DNA of 64,000 nt from Flaccisagitta enflata (taxonomy: Eukaryota), in NCBI GenBank assembly GCA_965153355.1, contig OZ231126.1:29140001-29204000 (forward strand), written 5' to 3'. Each line of letters starts with the position of its first letter. Position 1 is the stretch's first letter. The notes beneath the pieces were generated by a model. It ran no database searches and had not been told where the DNA came from. It worked only from the letters and a program-made list of their open reading frames with translations. Positions 24,596 through 37,700 of this stretch are shown here, in pieces. The translations under genes and the position numbers were made by a program.

Positions 24596-25116
24596 CAGTT
24601 TTTACTACTAAAATTTCATTGGAAATCTATTGAAAAAGTTCCAATTAAACTTCCCATCACCATCTTTTTCTGTTCATGAAGCTAAAAAATGGTAGAAGTC
24701 GCCAGGTTAGAAGTTAGAACTGCTGACCACGGAGAACATTTCTAATTGGGGATAGAAGTTGAAAGAGCGTAGTATGTCCGTCAGACTGTTCACTATCGGT
24801 AGCTAGATCGGTCTCGAACAGGATAGCTCTTGCACCAAAAACGCACCAATTCTACGGCAATTTTTAGTCGTGTGCTACGCAACTCTACACCCCACCTCTC
24901 GGTCCGTCGGTCCGTCGGTCCATCGGTCTGTCGGTCCTTCATTCCGCCCGTCCGTCCGTTGGTCCATACGTCCGTCACACTATACTTTCTTGTTTTTTTT
25001 TTTTTTTTGGCTCTGCTCCTGCAAAGGTAAGTCAGAGTGACCTCAATGGCCCACCTGCCCACCCACTGACAGGTAGCCAAGTGTGAAAATACTGACCACT
25101 TCTCTCTCTCTCTCTC

Positions 25117-25212
<96 letters not shown>

Positions 25213-25251
25213 CCTCTCTCTCTCTCTCTATCTCTCTCTGTGCCCTCTCAC

Positions 25252-25477
25252 CTCTGATTATGCTCGGCCATGATCCTCCTCATCTTGGAGGCGTTTTCCG
25301 CCACAACGGCGACGACGGCGTTGGAAGTTCCGATGAGGAAGTCTCTGACTAAGAAGGGCCCCGTCTCGATGGTCGCGGGATCGCCCAACGATGGGTCACC
25401 CACGAAATCCGGAGCGTACTCGAAGGATACCGAGTTGATAGGACCCAAAGAGGCCTCAAAAGGAGATGGGCCTTTAG
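25252..25477 (-). CDS. CFAP251: CFAP251/WDR66 internal exon (6th of 6 seen)
   Basis: CAG acceptor, AG|GTGAGA donor, phase 1 to 2. LGPINSVSF...ATIETGPFLVRDFLIGTSNAVV matches WDR66 LGAIRTLSF...FVLRNFIIGTSDA. Confidence 0.88.
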
Positions 25478-25693
25478 CTGAAATAACAAATCCATGGTGG
25501 TGGTGGTGGTGGTTGAATGAATGAATGATTGATTGAATGAATGAATGAATGGATGCAGGCATGTATGCGTGTGTCCTGGATGTCGAAAATGGCTCTCAAA
25601 GTCAAAGAAAAGGGGAATGGTGGTGTATCACTCAGTATGATGAACAAGAGTTTCTTATCAATTAAACAAACACAGCCACACAACAGACACACA

Positions 25694-25806
<113 letters not shown>

Positions 25807-25893
25807 ACAAACGCACAAACAAGCAAACTGCAATCAAACAAACAATCACACAAAAACAAACAAACACAAGCATAACTATATAATATTTTATAC

Positions 25894-26132
25894 CTATTCG
25901 TCCTCCTTTGCCCCCTTTGGTAGGACAGTAGATGAGTTTGATGTCCATATCGAAGAACTTGACTTGTCCTCCGCTGTCCCCAGTGACGAGATAATTATCG
26001 ACGCTCGTCAACACGGTAAATCCGCGTTCTTGGATTTTGACCAATTTTAAAGCTTTTTTCTGGTCTGATGTCACGTGACCACGAAGATTGTCCCAAACCA
26101 CCAAATTGCCCAAAGATGTCGCCGTCAGAGCC
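25894..26132 (-). CDS. CFAP251: CFAP251/WDR66 internal exon (5th)
   Basis: CAG acceptor, G|GTATAA donor, phase 2 to 1. ALTATSLGNLVVWD...KLVKIQERGFTVLTSVDNYLVTGDSGGQVKFFD. Confidence 0.9.
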
Positions 26133-26206
26133 CTGCAGGCGTGCAAGTGTGTGCGTGTGTATTTGTGTTTGTGTGTGTGTGTGTGTGCGTGAGTGTGTAT
26201 AGTGTT

Positions 26207-26245
<39 letters not shown>

Positions 26246-26272
26246 CTGTGTGTGTGTGTGTGGTGTGTGTGT

Positions 26273-26372
<100 letters not shown>

Positions 26373-27198
26373 TTATGAATGTTTGTGCGTGTGTGTTTGC
26401 GTGTATGATAGAGTGTGTTTGATTGTGTTTTGAGTGTAAGGAAAGAAAGTGGAAACACGTATAAAAGACAGATAGAAAGAAAGAAGAAGCCAATTGAAAG
26501 AGAAAGTCGTCTTTTTTATCGTACATCGGAAAGAGATTAGAGCGAAATGTGGGTGTGATAAGACGACAAGATACATCGAGGAGGCAGACGGGAAGGCGGG
26601 AGGCAGACGGGAAGGCGGTGGAGGAGGAGGAGAGGGGAGGAGAAGAAGAAGAGGAAGAAAAAGAAGAAGAAAAAGGAAAAGAAAAAAAAAGGAAAAAGAA
26701 AAAGAAAAAGAAAAAGAAAAAGAAAAAGAAAAGAAAAAAGACAAGACACAGGAACTGAAGACAGGAGCAAGACAAATGAGACAAAAGCAAAGACAAAGAC
26801 AAAGACAAAGACAAAGATAAAGGCCAAGGCCAAGGCAAAGGCAAAGGCAAAAGCAAAGGCAAAGGCAAAAGAAAAGAAAAGAAAGAAAGAAGAAAAAGAA
26901 AGAAGAAAATCGGAAAAATAAGAAGAAAATAAGAAGAAGAAGAAGAAAGAGAAAGAGAGGAATGAACGAGAAAAAAGAAGAAAAAAGAAGTGAACAAAAA
27001 GACATTCTTGATAACTTTAGATGCGCCCTCACATCTCTATAAGGAAAGTCTGTCGTAAATCCGTCCGTCAGTCGGTCGGTCCATCGGTCCGTCCGTCCGT
27101 CCATCGCCTCCTTGAAAATCACAGTACTTGGCACTTTTCAGCCGCGAGGATATCATGTATCAAGTCATTAGGATAATTTGAGAGCCTCTTTCAATACC

Positions 27199-28248
27199 AT
27201 ATTATCTATCGTAGGTTCGAATCCCACCAGGACTCAACTTTTTCAGAAGTTGAGTAAAAGTGAAGGATAGTACGCTCATTCTGGTGACCACAGGGCAAGA
27301 GCTCTGATAAGCTCAAGCGGTAGAGCAGTTGCCCCGGATTGGCGGTATCCATCGTGGGTTGATCCCACCAGGTTCCAACACACCTGCCAGAAGTTGAGTA
27401 AAAGGGGTGGGATTATGCGCTCATTCTGGTGACCACAGGGCAAGAGCCCTGATAGCTCAGACGGAAGAGCAGACACCCCGGTTGCTTGTTATCTATAGGT
27501 AGATTAAGATCCCACCCAGGACTCAGCACAAGTTGAGTAAAAGAGATAAGGATTATGCATCATTCTGGTGACCACAGGGCAAGAGCCCTGATAACAGCTC
27601 AGGCAGTGGGAGCAGTTGCCCTAGTTTGGCATTATCTATAGTAGGTTCGAATCCCACAGGACTCAACTTTTTCAGAAGTTGAGTAAAAGAATGGGATTAT
27701 GCGCTCATTCTGGTGACCACGGGGCCAGAGCCCTGATAGCTCAGGCGGTAGAGCAGTTGCCCGGATTGGCATTATCTATCGTGAAGTTCTGATCCCACCA
27801 GGACTCCAACTTTTTGAAGTTGAGTAAGAAGATGGGATTGTACGCTCATTCTGGTGACCACAGGGCAAGGCCCTGATAGCTCAGACGGTAGAGCAGTTGC
27901 CCGGATTGGCATTATCTATAATGGGTTCGAATCCCACCAGGACTCAACTTTTCAGAAGTTGAGTAAAAGTGGGATTATTAAACATTCTGGTGACCACAGG
28001 GCCAGAGCCCTGATAAGCTCAGAGCGGTAGGCAGTTGCCCCAGTTTGGCTATCTCGTGGAGTTGAATCCCACAGGACTCAGCACCAGAGATGAGTAAAAA
28101 GGTGGGATTGTACGCTCATTCTGGTGACCACAGGGCAAACCTAGTAGCTCCCAGCGGTAGAGCAGTTGCCCAGATTGGCATTATCTATCGTGGTTAAGAT
28201 CCACCAAGGACTCAACTTTTTCAGAAGTTGAGGTAAAGATGGGGTTAT
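27199..28248 (+). repeat. Tandem array (~7.5 x ~140 bp) of tRNA-like units
   Basis: Units start near 27299, 27444, 27583, 27728, 27869, 28005 and 28139, plus a 5' partial unit. Consensus has A-box TAGCTCAG(G)CGGTAGAGC, B-box GGTTCGAATCCC, then ACTCAACTTTTTCAGAAGTTGAGT. Confidence 0.9.
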
Positions 28249-28252
28249 AACT

Positions 28253-30356
28253 CTAAATACGAATGTGATAGTATGGATCCGTTTTCTTATTCCCAGGCTT
28301 GGGAGCGTCTTTTGCGATAGGATCTGCTACAGAGGAAAGCTTTTTCTGAAGGAGCCTTTGGAGGGTGGAGATGCTACATCGCAATTCGGCGCCAAATCTG
28401 AAATTTAGGGCCTCACAGCGAGCGCAGTTTGATCGGCAGCCTGCCGCCTTTGCGCGATTCTGAAAGAAAGCCTCTTTCTTCTTAAGCTGTCGCTCAGCAG
28501 GCCCATAACTACTCCTTTTCAAAAGCAGCTGCCAGTTCCCGACTCGTTTATTATGCTGACCACCTCATTGTCATAGCCATTGCTGCTTGAGTATACGTCT
28601 CTCCTTTTGGATGTTGCATTAGATCCTCTCGTCTAAGACAGCGAGCCGCTTCAGCTCGTTGGCCTTGTACGGTGGCTGTGAAGAAGTCTTTGGAAGCCTT
28701 GATGCTAAATTCTTCACCCCACCCAATGGAGCGTTTGAGGTCAGTGAAGAGGCTTCTTGTAGCAATGACTCGGCGATGTGGTGTCCATACGCAGGATCAA
28801 AGGCTGGATTCGACGGGGGAGGCGGGTTTTGCACATGCTGCGGACCTTAGGCAGACTCGGTTTGCTGACGAGGCGCTACACCAGCTTTAACAGATGCTCC
28901 TGTACCGCCAACTAGTTCGCAAGCTACCGCTGCTTTTGATGGCCGCGAGTGAAAGGAAGACGCTCCCGTCTGCTGACCAGAGACGAGAGTTTAACAGCGG
29001 GCCTTGGCTTGCGCAGGTAGAACCTAAAACAGTTTGCTGCCTTATGCTTCTTCCCAGCTCTCTTGGTCTTCTTCCCCTTTGCTGCCGCTGCCCAGGCGCC
29101 TGATTCAGCTTCTGGGTTGCTGCCAACGTTGCCGTCGGCGAACCACTTGAAGCTTCTCCTTGGCCTTTGGGCGTTACTGCTGCAGGGGGCGCGCTGGAGG
29201 CGCCAGAGGGCCTTTGCTTTTGGAATCCAGCCCTTTTTGTTGACTCGGCACATTGCGCGTTTGTAGAGTCTTTCCCCGCCATGATCTCTTCGACTGTTGT
29301 GAGGGAGTGACGTCACGAGGACCCTGTTGCTACTGATTTGGGGGATGAACCAATCCAGGGCGCGATTGCCGACTTCCTGATGCTGTGGAGTGAGTTGCAG
29401 CTGATGCAGCTGCAACTGCGTTGAGCACCATTACAGCTGGTGGAGGTGCGGAAGCGTCGTCGGAAGTTATTGCAGATGAAGTTGCAGTTGCATCAGGAGG
29501 CTTCGGGGCCGCATTCTTCCTCTTCGTCGCCTGGACCATGCGACGAACCTCCTCCTCATACTCCCTCCTTCTTTTGTTGCTTTGGATTTTGCGCTCCAGA
29601 GTCTCCGAGCCAAGCTCTGTTTGATTAGCCGATGAGCGCATGAGAGTTTGTTTGTTGCAGCATACTGAAAGTTTTTCAAACTCTTTGAAGAGGAGAGATA
29701 CTCCGACGTCCGGACTGATGATACGATACCAATTTTTGCATCCCAGGATTGGTGCTTCTCTTCCGGCGTCGCAGTGTCCACTTCCGGGTCAATGTCTTTC
29801 TCCACCACCTCCCCATTCACCAACACCTCCTCCTCTGTTTCCATCCCCTCCTCCTCCACTCTTGCTCCATCATTGACCGATCTCTCTCTCTCTTTGCCCC
29901 CGCTGCGTTGACATGCAGCTGCAGACGCTTGATCACGAGACGCTGGGCGGCCGAAATCACGCCAGAATTGGCGAGGCGATGAGGCAAATCCGATGATGAT
30001 AGCGCTTGCGCGAAGTGATGAATCGATCCGTCGGCGGCGGTTGATAGAATCATATGAACCTCCATCTATGACCACCAATGGAGGAAGCGAAGCGGGATCA
30101 ACGGCGTTGGATGGCTGTTGACGATTTACCAGCGCATCATCTTGTTGACGCTTTTTATTCGCCATTTTTGCGTCCTGACGGAGCGAAGGTCGCCATTGAA
30201 GGCTGCGTACGCGACAGCCTCCTCCTCCGCCCCGAGCGGCGTCGTGGATGCAGGTCCTTCTCGATTAGAGCCGTCGATGAAGAGCTGATGGAGATCCAGG
30301 GATCCGTACGGCGACGAAACGTCGGCTAAAGCCTCGGGGCGCTGCTGCCAGGACAT
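28253..30356 (-). pseudogene. Additional coding-like region of unknown function downstream of integrase
   Basis: GC-richer chain of overlapping ORFs (30126-30356, 29467-30165, 29330-29641, 28924-29415, 28619-28834, 28253-28522) after an AT-rich spacer; ATG at 30356. Confidence 0.5.
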
Positions 30357-30619
30357 CTTGACTCCGACGAGCGACTTCGAGATGCGAACTGCTTAGTGGA
30401 TAGAATGACATCGTCAGCGGAAGCTTTGAAATGATCGTTGAGAACTGATAATGGTAAGATCGAGATTTGGCACAATATTATGTACATATAGACAGAGCGA
30501 ATGAATCAGTGTTTTGATGTGTAAATTGAAATGGACAACATAATTGACAAGAGGAAAGATGAAAGCATGGATAATCAGAACCAGATATGAATAATAACAA
30601 CTCTGTAAATATAACAAGT

Positions 30620-33600
30620 CAGAGTCTCAATCTCTCATATCTATAGTTACTAATAGACAGGCCCATGCGCCTTTTTCTCTCTCTCTTGAAACTTAGCGTT
30701 GTTTTATGAATCCAATTCCAGCCGCTCAAGCTTTGTGCGGTCTTAACACGATCTTTCCATCTTGGCACTGGATGTGAGCCCTCCGGACATGGGCTGTCGA
30801 ACACTCGACGCCCATAACCCGTCCTAGACTCCAGGTGCGACGAGGCAGAGTGTCGTTTATGACGACGACCATGTCATCAACCGCAAAGTCTCTCGGATCC
30901 GACCATTTTACCGCTTTGCGCGTGAAGAAGCGACAAATATTCGACCCTCAACGATTTAGCATCCGCCAGCGATTACGCCTTTCCGGTAGACGCCGCGGAG
31001 TCGGCGTCGAGTTGACATGTATTTTCCAGATCCCAGAGGGGCATGGCCGGATGTTGATGGATTTAGGATATGATTTGGTGTAAGGGCCTCAGAGTCATTT
31101 GGGGTCAACTAGCTGGCGCTGTCCAGAGGGCAGCGGTGCCAGAAATTCACCCTTCAACACGACGACAGCAGTGTTGAAGGCGTCGGCGTGGAGGATGGCG
31201 CCCGTCGAGATGGAAGCAGATGGCAAAGGCAGCGATTCTCTCACCTCCATAGTGGGGTGTTTCTCGGCGTCGATGAAATCACGAAGACGCCGCTGGGTCG
31301 GGGAGTACGGCGGTTCCAAGCTTCCATTTCCTTCTTGAGGATATTAGTGGCGCCAACTAGATTCGTTCCACAGTCTGAGTGGCAAAGGCGGTTCTGGGCG
31401 CCAGCACGCGCGGATGGTTGCTGTTGCCATCGCATCAGCTGACATGGACGAAAACAAGTCCACATGAATGAGCGCGTGACACAAAACAGGTGAACACTGC
31501 GATCCACTTGTGATCAGCACGCCCGTACATTTTGACAAGGAAATGCCCCATGACGTCTAATCCAGTCTCTGCAAAGACAGGAGCAGGATTAGCGCGATTT
31601 GATGGAAGATTGGCCATTTGCTGATTTCCGATTTCTTTTTTGAAGTTCTTCTGGCATCACAAAGCACGTGTTGACGACGCTCTTGACAGCCTGAAGACCT
31701 TTTGTAATCCACACAAATTGGCGTAATTGGCACAATGTGTGCTTTGCACCCGCGTGAAAATCATTATGATGATAATGGCGAGTCAGCGATTTCACATTCT
31801 CGTCTTTTGGCGGAAGGATAAAGGGAAAGTGAGCGTCATGAGCGATGTCGGCATTCTCCAATCGGCTGCCGACGCGAAGGATGCCATCGTCGTCGACGAA
31901 AGGGTTCAACTTCAGCATCTCCTTGTTTTTGATGATGAAGTCACGACTGACTTTCTGGCTTAGACTTTCCCAATTCAATTTGTTGAAACGTCAGAATAAT
32001 GTTGCTGCACATTGACTTGACGAGCTTTTTGCGCGCCTCCTCCACGACGTCTTGCGTCACTCCAGTTTGGAAGGAGTCTTTGCTGCTCGTGTCTTACAGC
32101 CCCTTGGATCGCTCTCCACCTTGCAGCTCTCACATTAGGGAACAATAGCAATGATCCGCAATTTTCTGCATCCATTTTCGAGAAGCGGCTACCAGAATAT
32201 CGCGTCATGCCTTATTCTTTTCACTCTCTCCTTTTTGCCTGGAAGCGGCGACCTGTGCCAAGCAAGACACGTCACGATGTTCGTCTTTGGCCATTGATCT
32301 TCAAGGAAGACGCAAAAATACAGGACCGTGATGGAATTGGGCCTTGTTTTCGGCTTCATAGGCCTGGATGCACCTCTGCTACAGTGGTCTCGCGAGGTTG
32401 TTTGGCGAGTCAACCCGGCACTGTTGAGATCAGACCGCTGGATCTGGAGAGGCGATTGGCGAAGGAAATACAGGCACCTCGGTTTGCGGTTATGGAAATC
32501 ATCTTAGTGCATAGTTAGAATCAGATTGCAAAATCCTGTGACCAGATTGCAAAGTTGATGGTCCTTCCGGCGAGCGTTTGACTGCAGCAACTTTTCTGCG
32601 GATACAATCTCGTAGCATTGGGCAGCTGTTTGTGATGGTAATTTTGGATTGAGAGGAATGACGTGAGATTTGGAGGCAATGAATGAAATCTTGAACATCT
32701 CTCCATCTCAGTTGACTTAGCGTGAGTATGCAACCTGCTCATATCCTTATTTTGGAGCTGCATCACAAAATAATAAGTTGACTTGCCAATGTAAGCTATT
32801 ATGTAGCCGCCATTCCTGGCTGTTCAATTCGGTATTGTTGTGAAGGCCAAAAGATGAAGTCGCGGAAGAAGGATTCCTCCGCTCTCTTCCAGGCGAATCA
32901 TCCCACTTCTGTGGGCCGACAGAGTTGAAGATGTCGTCTGCCGATGTATGCGCTTGGGCTCCAAAATCCCAATGGATCATAAAGTTTAGCTTGCATGGAG
33001 ACCAATTGACGAGGTGTTTTTGCCCTAAGAGTTTTGAATCCTTCGTCGCAGATGAAGATGAAGGCGTCTTCCATCGGAAGCCATGGGGCTCCCAACACCT
33101 TCGTCGGTGCATCATCTTGCTTATCTGCGAGATGGGAATTGGCACGTTCGGATCTCCATCCATCAATTGCCGCGCATTACTTTTCCACTTCACAAGATCC
33201 ATCCCGCCTTCAGCCATCGCCGCCACTGCATCCACCTTCAACTGCAGTGCTTAGTCGACCGAATCCCCACCCCCACTTCCGTCGTCGACGACGTAGAAGC
33301 CGAATCGAATAAGATAGTAGACGTTGTGGGGATACTTGGGCTGGATCACTTCAGCATGCTTTCTGACGGTGAAAGACGTGGCCAGTGGCTGGATTGGCTC
33401 TTGAACATGTATTAAGAACAGATTCAAAATGGCTTCTCGTAGAGTACGGTCTTCAGACAAAAAGAATCTGAACAGATCAGCGTCGTCAGGATGGGCCCAG
33501 CGGATCACAAGTGGAAGAACGCCTTTATATCACACACATAAAGGCGATCTTCACTAACCAACAGCAAAGGGATGTCCATCAGCTGTTCATCAGGTTGCGG

Positions 33601-34720
33601 ATCGGCGGGCGTGTTGAGTGAGACCCCGCTGATCGCTTCGCCGCGCCTCGTGACATACGCGGCGTTTTGCGGCGCAATTCAACAATATAGGCGGCAATGC
33701 CGGCGCAGCTATCAATGCTGTCATGCGTCGTCGGCGTTATCAATCTCAATACGCCACTCCCGTCTCGTAAAATTTCTCGATCTCGGAAGAGTCTCTTTCT
33801 TTGAAGGCTGGATCACGCTTGAAGCGGAAACGTTGATTGCCGAGCCGCTTCATCGCAGTGGGTCGTGACTTCACTCTTCTCAGAATTTCCATGATCTTTT
33901 AGTGATGAAATTTCCATGTGACAGGAGCGAAATACTTTTTCACAATTGGGCAAAAATACGTCTTTTCCTCTAACATTTTGCACGCTCTGATATTCTCAAG
34001 GGAATCACCCATCTCCTCCTTGCCGAAAGCGATTGATGATGCAGAAATCGCTGGTAGAAGATGCGGTCAATGTTGCTGTTGAGGACGCGATTATCGAGGA
34101 TGCGATCGATGTTATCGTTGAGGACGCGGTCATCCGTTGCGATAGCGTTGATCGATGCAACATCTCGTCCTCTCTTCCCCGTCTTTCCACATGCCGTCCA
34201 ACCGAATAGACATCTGAAGCAAGTCAAAGATCCTGAAGGCCCTCGACGGATTTCTTGAGCGACGGCACTCCGCATGCGCACTCAGGTGATCATCACACCG
34301 CCTTCAGCTTCTGGAAATTTTATGTCTCTGATGTGAGGTTGGTCAGATAGTGCACGGAGAAAAGGAGGAATCTGGCGTTCACTAGTTTACAAATCACCCA
34401 CCAACGCGTGGTTGGCGTCGGCGACATATTCCTCGTCGACCGATTGCATGGTGAATGATGTGATGAAGCGATCCTCAACTATATGATTTCCCACGGTAAT
34501 TACAATCATTTGCACTGTTTTCGTTGGGATCAGAAGACTGAGAATAACATTAGTACTAATCACGTCGCGATCGGCGCCTGAGTCGATCGTCGCGTATATC
34601 GTCCTCTGCGCACCAGAAGAATTTTTTATGATAGTCTCCAGAACGATCGGACGGACAGCGTCGTCGAATGAAGAGACGGACCGTGGCGTTGCCGTCGCCG
34701 CCAGTCATGCCGTAGCATTA
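30620..34720 (-). pseudogene. Bel/Pao pol (protease, RT, RNase H, integrase), fragmented
   Basis: IDSGAD (~34580), LFGWTACG, HPDDADLFRF, FYV(V)DD, GGMDLVKWKSN, KLYDPLG, FCDAA, LNPFVDDDGILRVGSRL, H..FHAG..C..C, MANLPSNR..PVFAETGLD, SDCGTNLVGA. Confidence 0.9.
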
Positions 34721-37700
34721 GGAGAGATTACTTCCGTTGGATTGGCTGCTTCCGCCGTCTAAGCAGCTGTTGGTGCTGCTGCAGCCGCATCCTCTGACTT
34801 GAGGAATAGAGCCAGCGGTACTTTATTTCCCTGCTTGTTTTCTCCTTTATTCTCTTCCTTTTCTTCTTTCTTGTAGGAAAAACCGTGGAGAATAGTTGCG
34901 TTTCGCTTCTTACAGGTTTGGCAAGTTGGTCTGTTCTACGCACCCTTTTGCAGCATTGTGTCCTGGCGCGAGGCAGTAGAAGCAAGAGACGACGAGATAT
35001 GATCTTCTGAACTCTCGCGTCCACTTCCAACTCGACAACTGATGACCTCTTCCGTTTGGTGCATTCCACTGCAGGCGTTGCAGCGGTCAGTCGACTACAC
35101 CTTTTGCTTGCCATTGGTCAAGGCATCCTCATATGATGATGGCGCCTCTTTTTCTGTCGTCGCAACTGCTGCCACTGATGCTGTTTTGCAGCTTGCGCCT
35201 TTGTTGAGCTGAATCACCGCCCATGTCTCAATCATATGCACCAAGTTGTCAAATGAAAATAATTGTCCATTTTGGGCTGCTTCATGTTGCTTTTCCCAGA
35301 ATTTATCCGCAAGATGAGGGACCCTCTTAATGAGGATCTCCTGCAACGCCTCATCACAATAGCATTGTTGCACTCCTCCACAGGTCCTCGTAATCTTCTT
35401 TCCCCTTTACCGCCTTGCAGACAGATTGAAATGCCTTGCGTGGTCGGCCGACTGGATCCTTGCCTCCGCGACGATTTCGTTGATCAGCGCCGCAATGTTG
35501 CAGCGCCTTGCCATAAAGACGACGTCCATTTTTGCGAAGGCGTCGTCGGTTTCTCCTCTTGCTGTCGAACCAGTTGCATCAATCGTCGCAGTTTCAATGA
35601 TCTCTTTTGCCGGACCATGCTGACCACTTAGGCAATTCCAATAATATGTCCATTTGCGTCAAGCCTTCATGCTTCTCAGCATCTTTGAACTTCCTCTTCC
35701 ACATCAAGTCGGTGGATGAAAATCTCAGACTAAGGGATACCTTTGCTCTCTCCAGCGCTTTGAGGCCGGCCTCACTTGCTGCGCATAGGATCGTTGTGCG
35801 CAGCTCTTTCAAAAACATGTCCAGGCAGTTATTTAGGCATCTGAGCGTGGACTTCCGGATTGGCAGGCTATGATGATGCCCTTGATGATATCCTTGAAGT
35901 TGTTGGGTAAACGCGTATTGACCCCGACTTTTACCGGAGATCTTTTCTTGGTGGTTTTTCTCCACTGCCAACTTCTTCTGCTGATTCATCTCTGTGTTGT
36001 GCGATCATCTTGATGGAATGAGAGGCATCAAAATCTTGGCGAGACAATACTATCGCTGTTGTTGTTCTCCTTCTGATTGTTCTCTACTGTCTCGCTCATG
36101 GCCAGGTCAAAGTCTCTCTGCTGAATCTGCATCTTCGACTATCACTTCTTGCTGCAACGTTGATTCTGGATGACTTCCGCTTGAGGCGTTGCTAGAGGCG
36201 CTTGCGCTACTTTCGGCACCTTCGGCTGCAATCCACTCATTGTCTTCTTGGGAGCGACTTTTCTTCTCTCTTTATCTTGCAGCTGTTGCGTTGCCTTCGC
36301 GTCAGCGGCCTCTTGCCTCTGCCTCCTGCGCATCGCCTCTATAGCATCACCTCCGCTTCCGGCTGTGTTGAAGACCTTGCTGCTCTTGATGGGGGCAGTC
36401 TCACCTGTGAAGACACGATCTCGCCTCGAGATCACTTCCCGATGCCGGTGGGGAGAATCGTTGCTGCTGGGTTTTGGTGATGCTGATCCTGATGCTGTTG
36501 CTGTTGTTGAAGCCGTTGCTGCTGCCACTGTTGATGTTGAAGCTGCTGTTGCTGGTCAGGATACTGTTGCTGCTCATTCTGCTGCTGCAGTTGACGCTGG
36601 CGCTGTCCTTGCTGCTGCTGCTCCATTTGTTGCTGCTGCTGCATTGGCTGCTTAATGGGCGTTTCCACTGACTGCACATGGCGTTGCTGCGTGTTCGAAT
36701 TCATCAATCCCGGATTGAAGTTTCTGAAGATAGATCGACGGTCTTTTGGCGGATGCTGCGGCTGCTGCTTGTCCAGCTCAGACAGTTGTCTAAGCTTCAC
36801 ATCCCGCTGCTCTAAAGCTCCACCAATGCCGCCGTCGTTCAGGCTATTTCAGTGCTTTCGTTGCATTTCTGCCGCATTGTTGAATACTCCTGCTCTTCTA
36901 TCTTCATCTAGATTGTTGCTGCTGAAAGTCACACATTCTGTCGTATAACTCTTTTTGTCTTCTTGTGATGAAGCTTCGCTGTTGGAATCCCAATGGCAGA
37001 TCATGGCCTTTGGAGCTGTTCACTGCACCACCACACCTTCTGTCCAGCCATCATGCGCAGGCGTTGTTCTGCAAGAAGACACTGTCTTTTCTTCTTCCGT
37101 TTCTTCACGGCGTTCATGCTTTGACAAGATGGTTGTTTGACGCTGGAGGATCACCACCGCTGGGATCGCGGCGGAGAGTTGCTGTTGCTGCTGCGGGTGC
37201 TGTTGCATTCGTTCGTCTGCATTATTTTGCCACTGTTGTTTTTGTTCATGCGGCTGCATGTCCGATTGATGTTGTTGCAGCTCTTGTTGTTGCTGTTGCT
37301 GCTGCTGCTGCTGCTAGTGTTGTTGTTGTTGGGACCACATGTTGTGGCGCCGGCTGCAAGACTTGACGTTGTTGTTGGTCTTGTTGACGAAATTGTTGAA
37401 GTTGCTGCAGCTGCTGCTGCTGCAACAGCTCTTGCTGCTGCCGTTGAGCTGTCGTTTGCTGCTGCTCCTGTGGTTGGTGGAGTTGACGTTGCTGTTGGAG
37501 TTGCTGCTGCTGCATCTACGATTGATGCTGCTGCTGTTGCTCCTGTTGCTATCTTGCTCCTCCCCTCCGTTATTTGCTGCTGCATAATCATCTATCAACC
37601 GCCGGCCTTATGCATTTCCTCCTTCAGCTGCCTACCCCATCTGTCTCTCTCCGCACTCCTGTTGACAACGTCGCCTCGCCCTCTCCTCTCACGGCGTCAG

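Noticed and set aside
24690-24860. Next CFAP251 exon downstream of 25252
   Set aside because: None of the frames I read resembles the expected WD40 continuation (..CHP...GS...VWNY).
27299-28215. Functional tRNA gene cluster
   Set aside because: The anticodon arm is non-canonical and varies between units, and the acceptor stem is mis-registered. Kept as a tRNA-like repeat.
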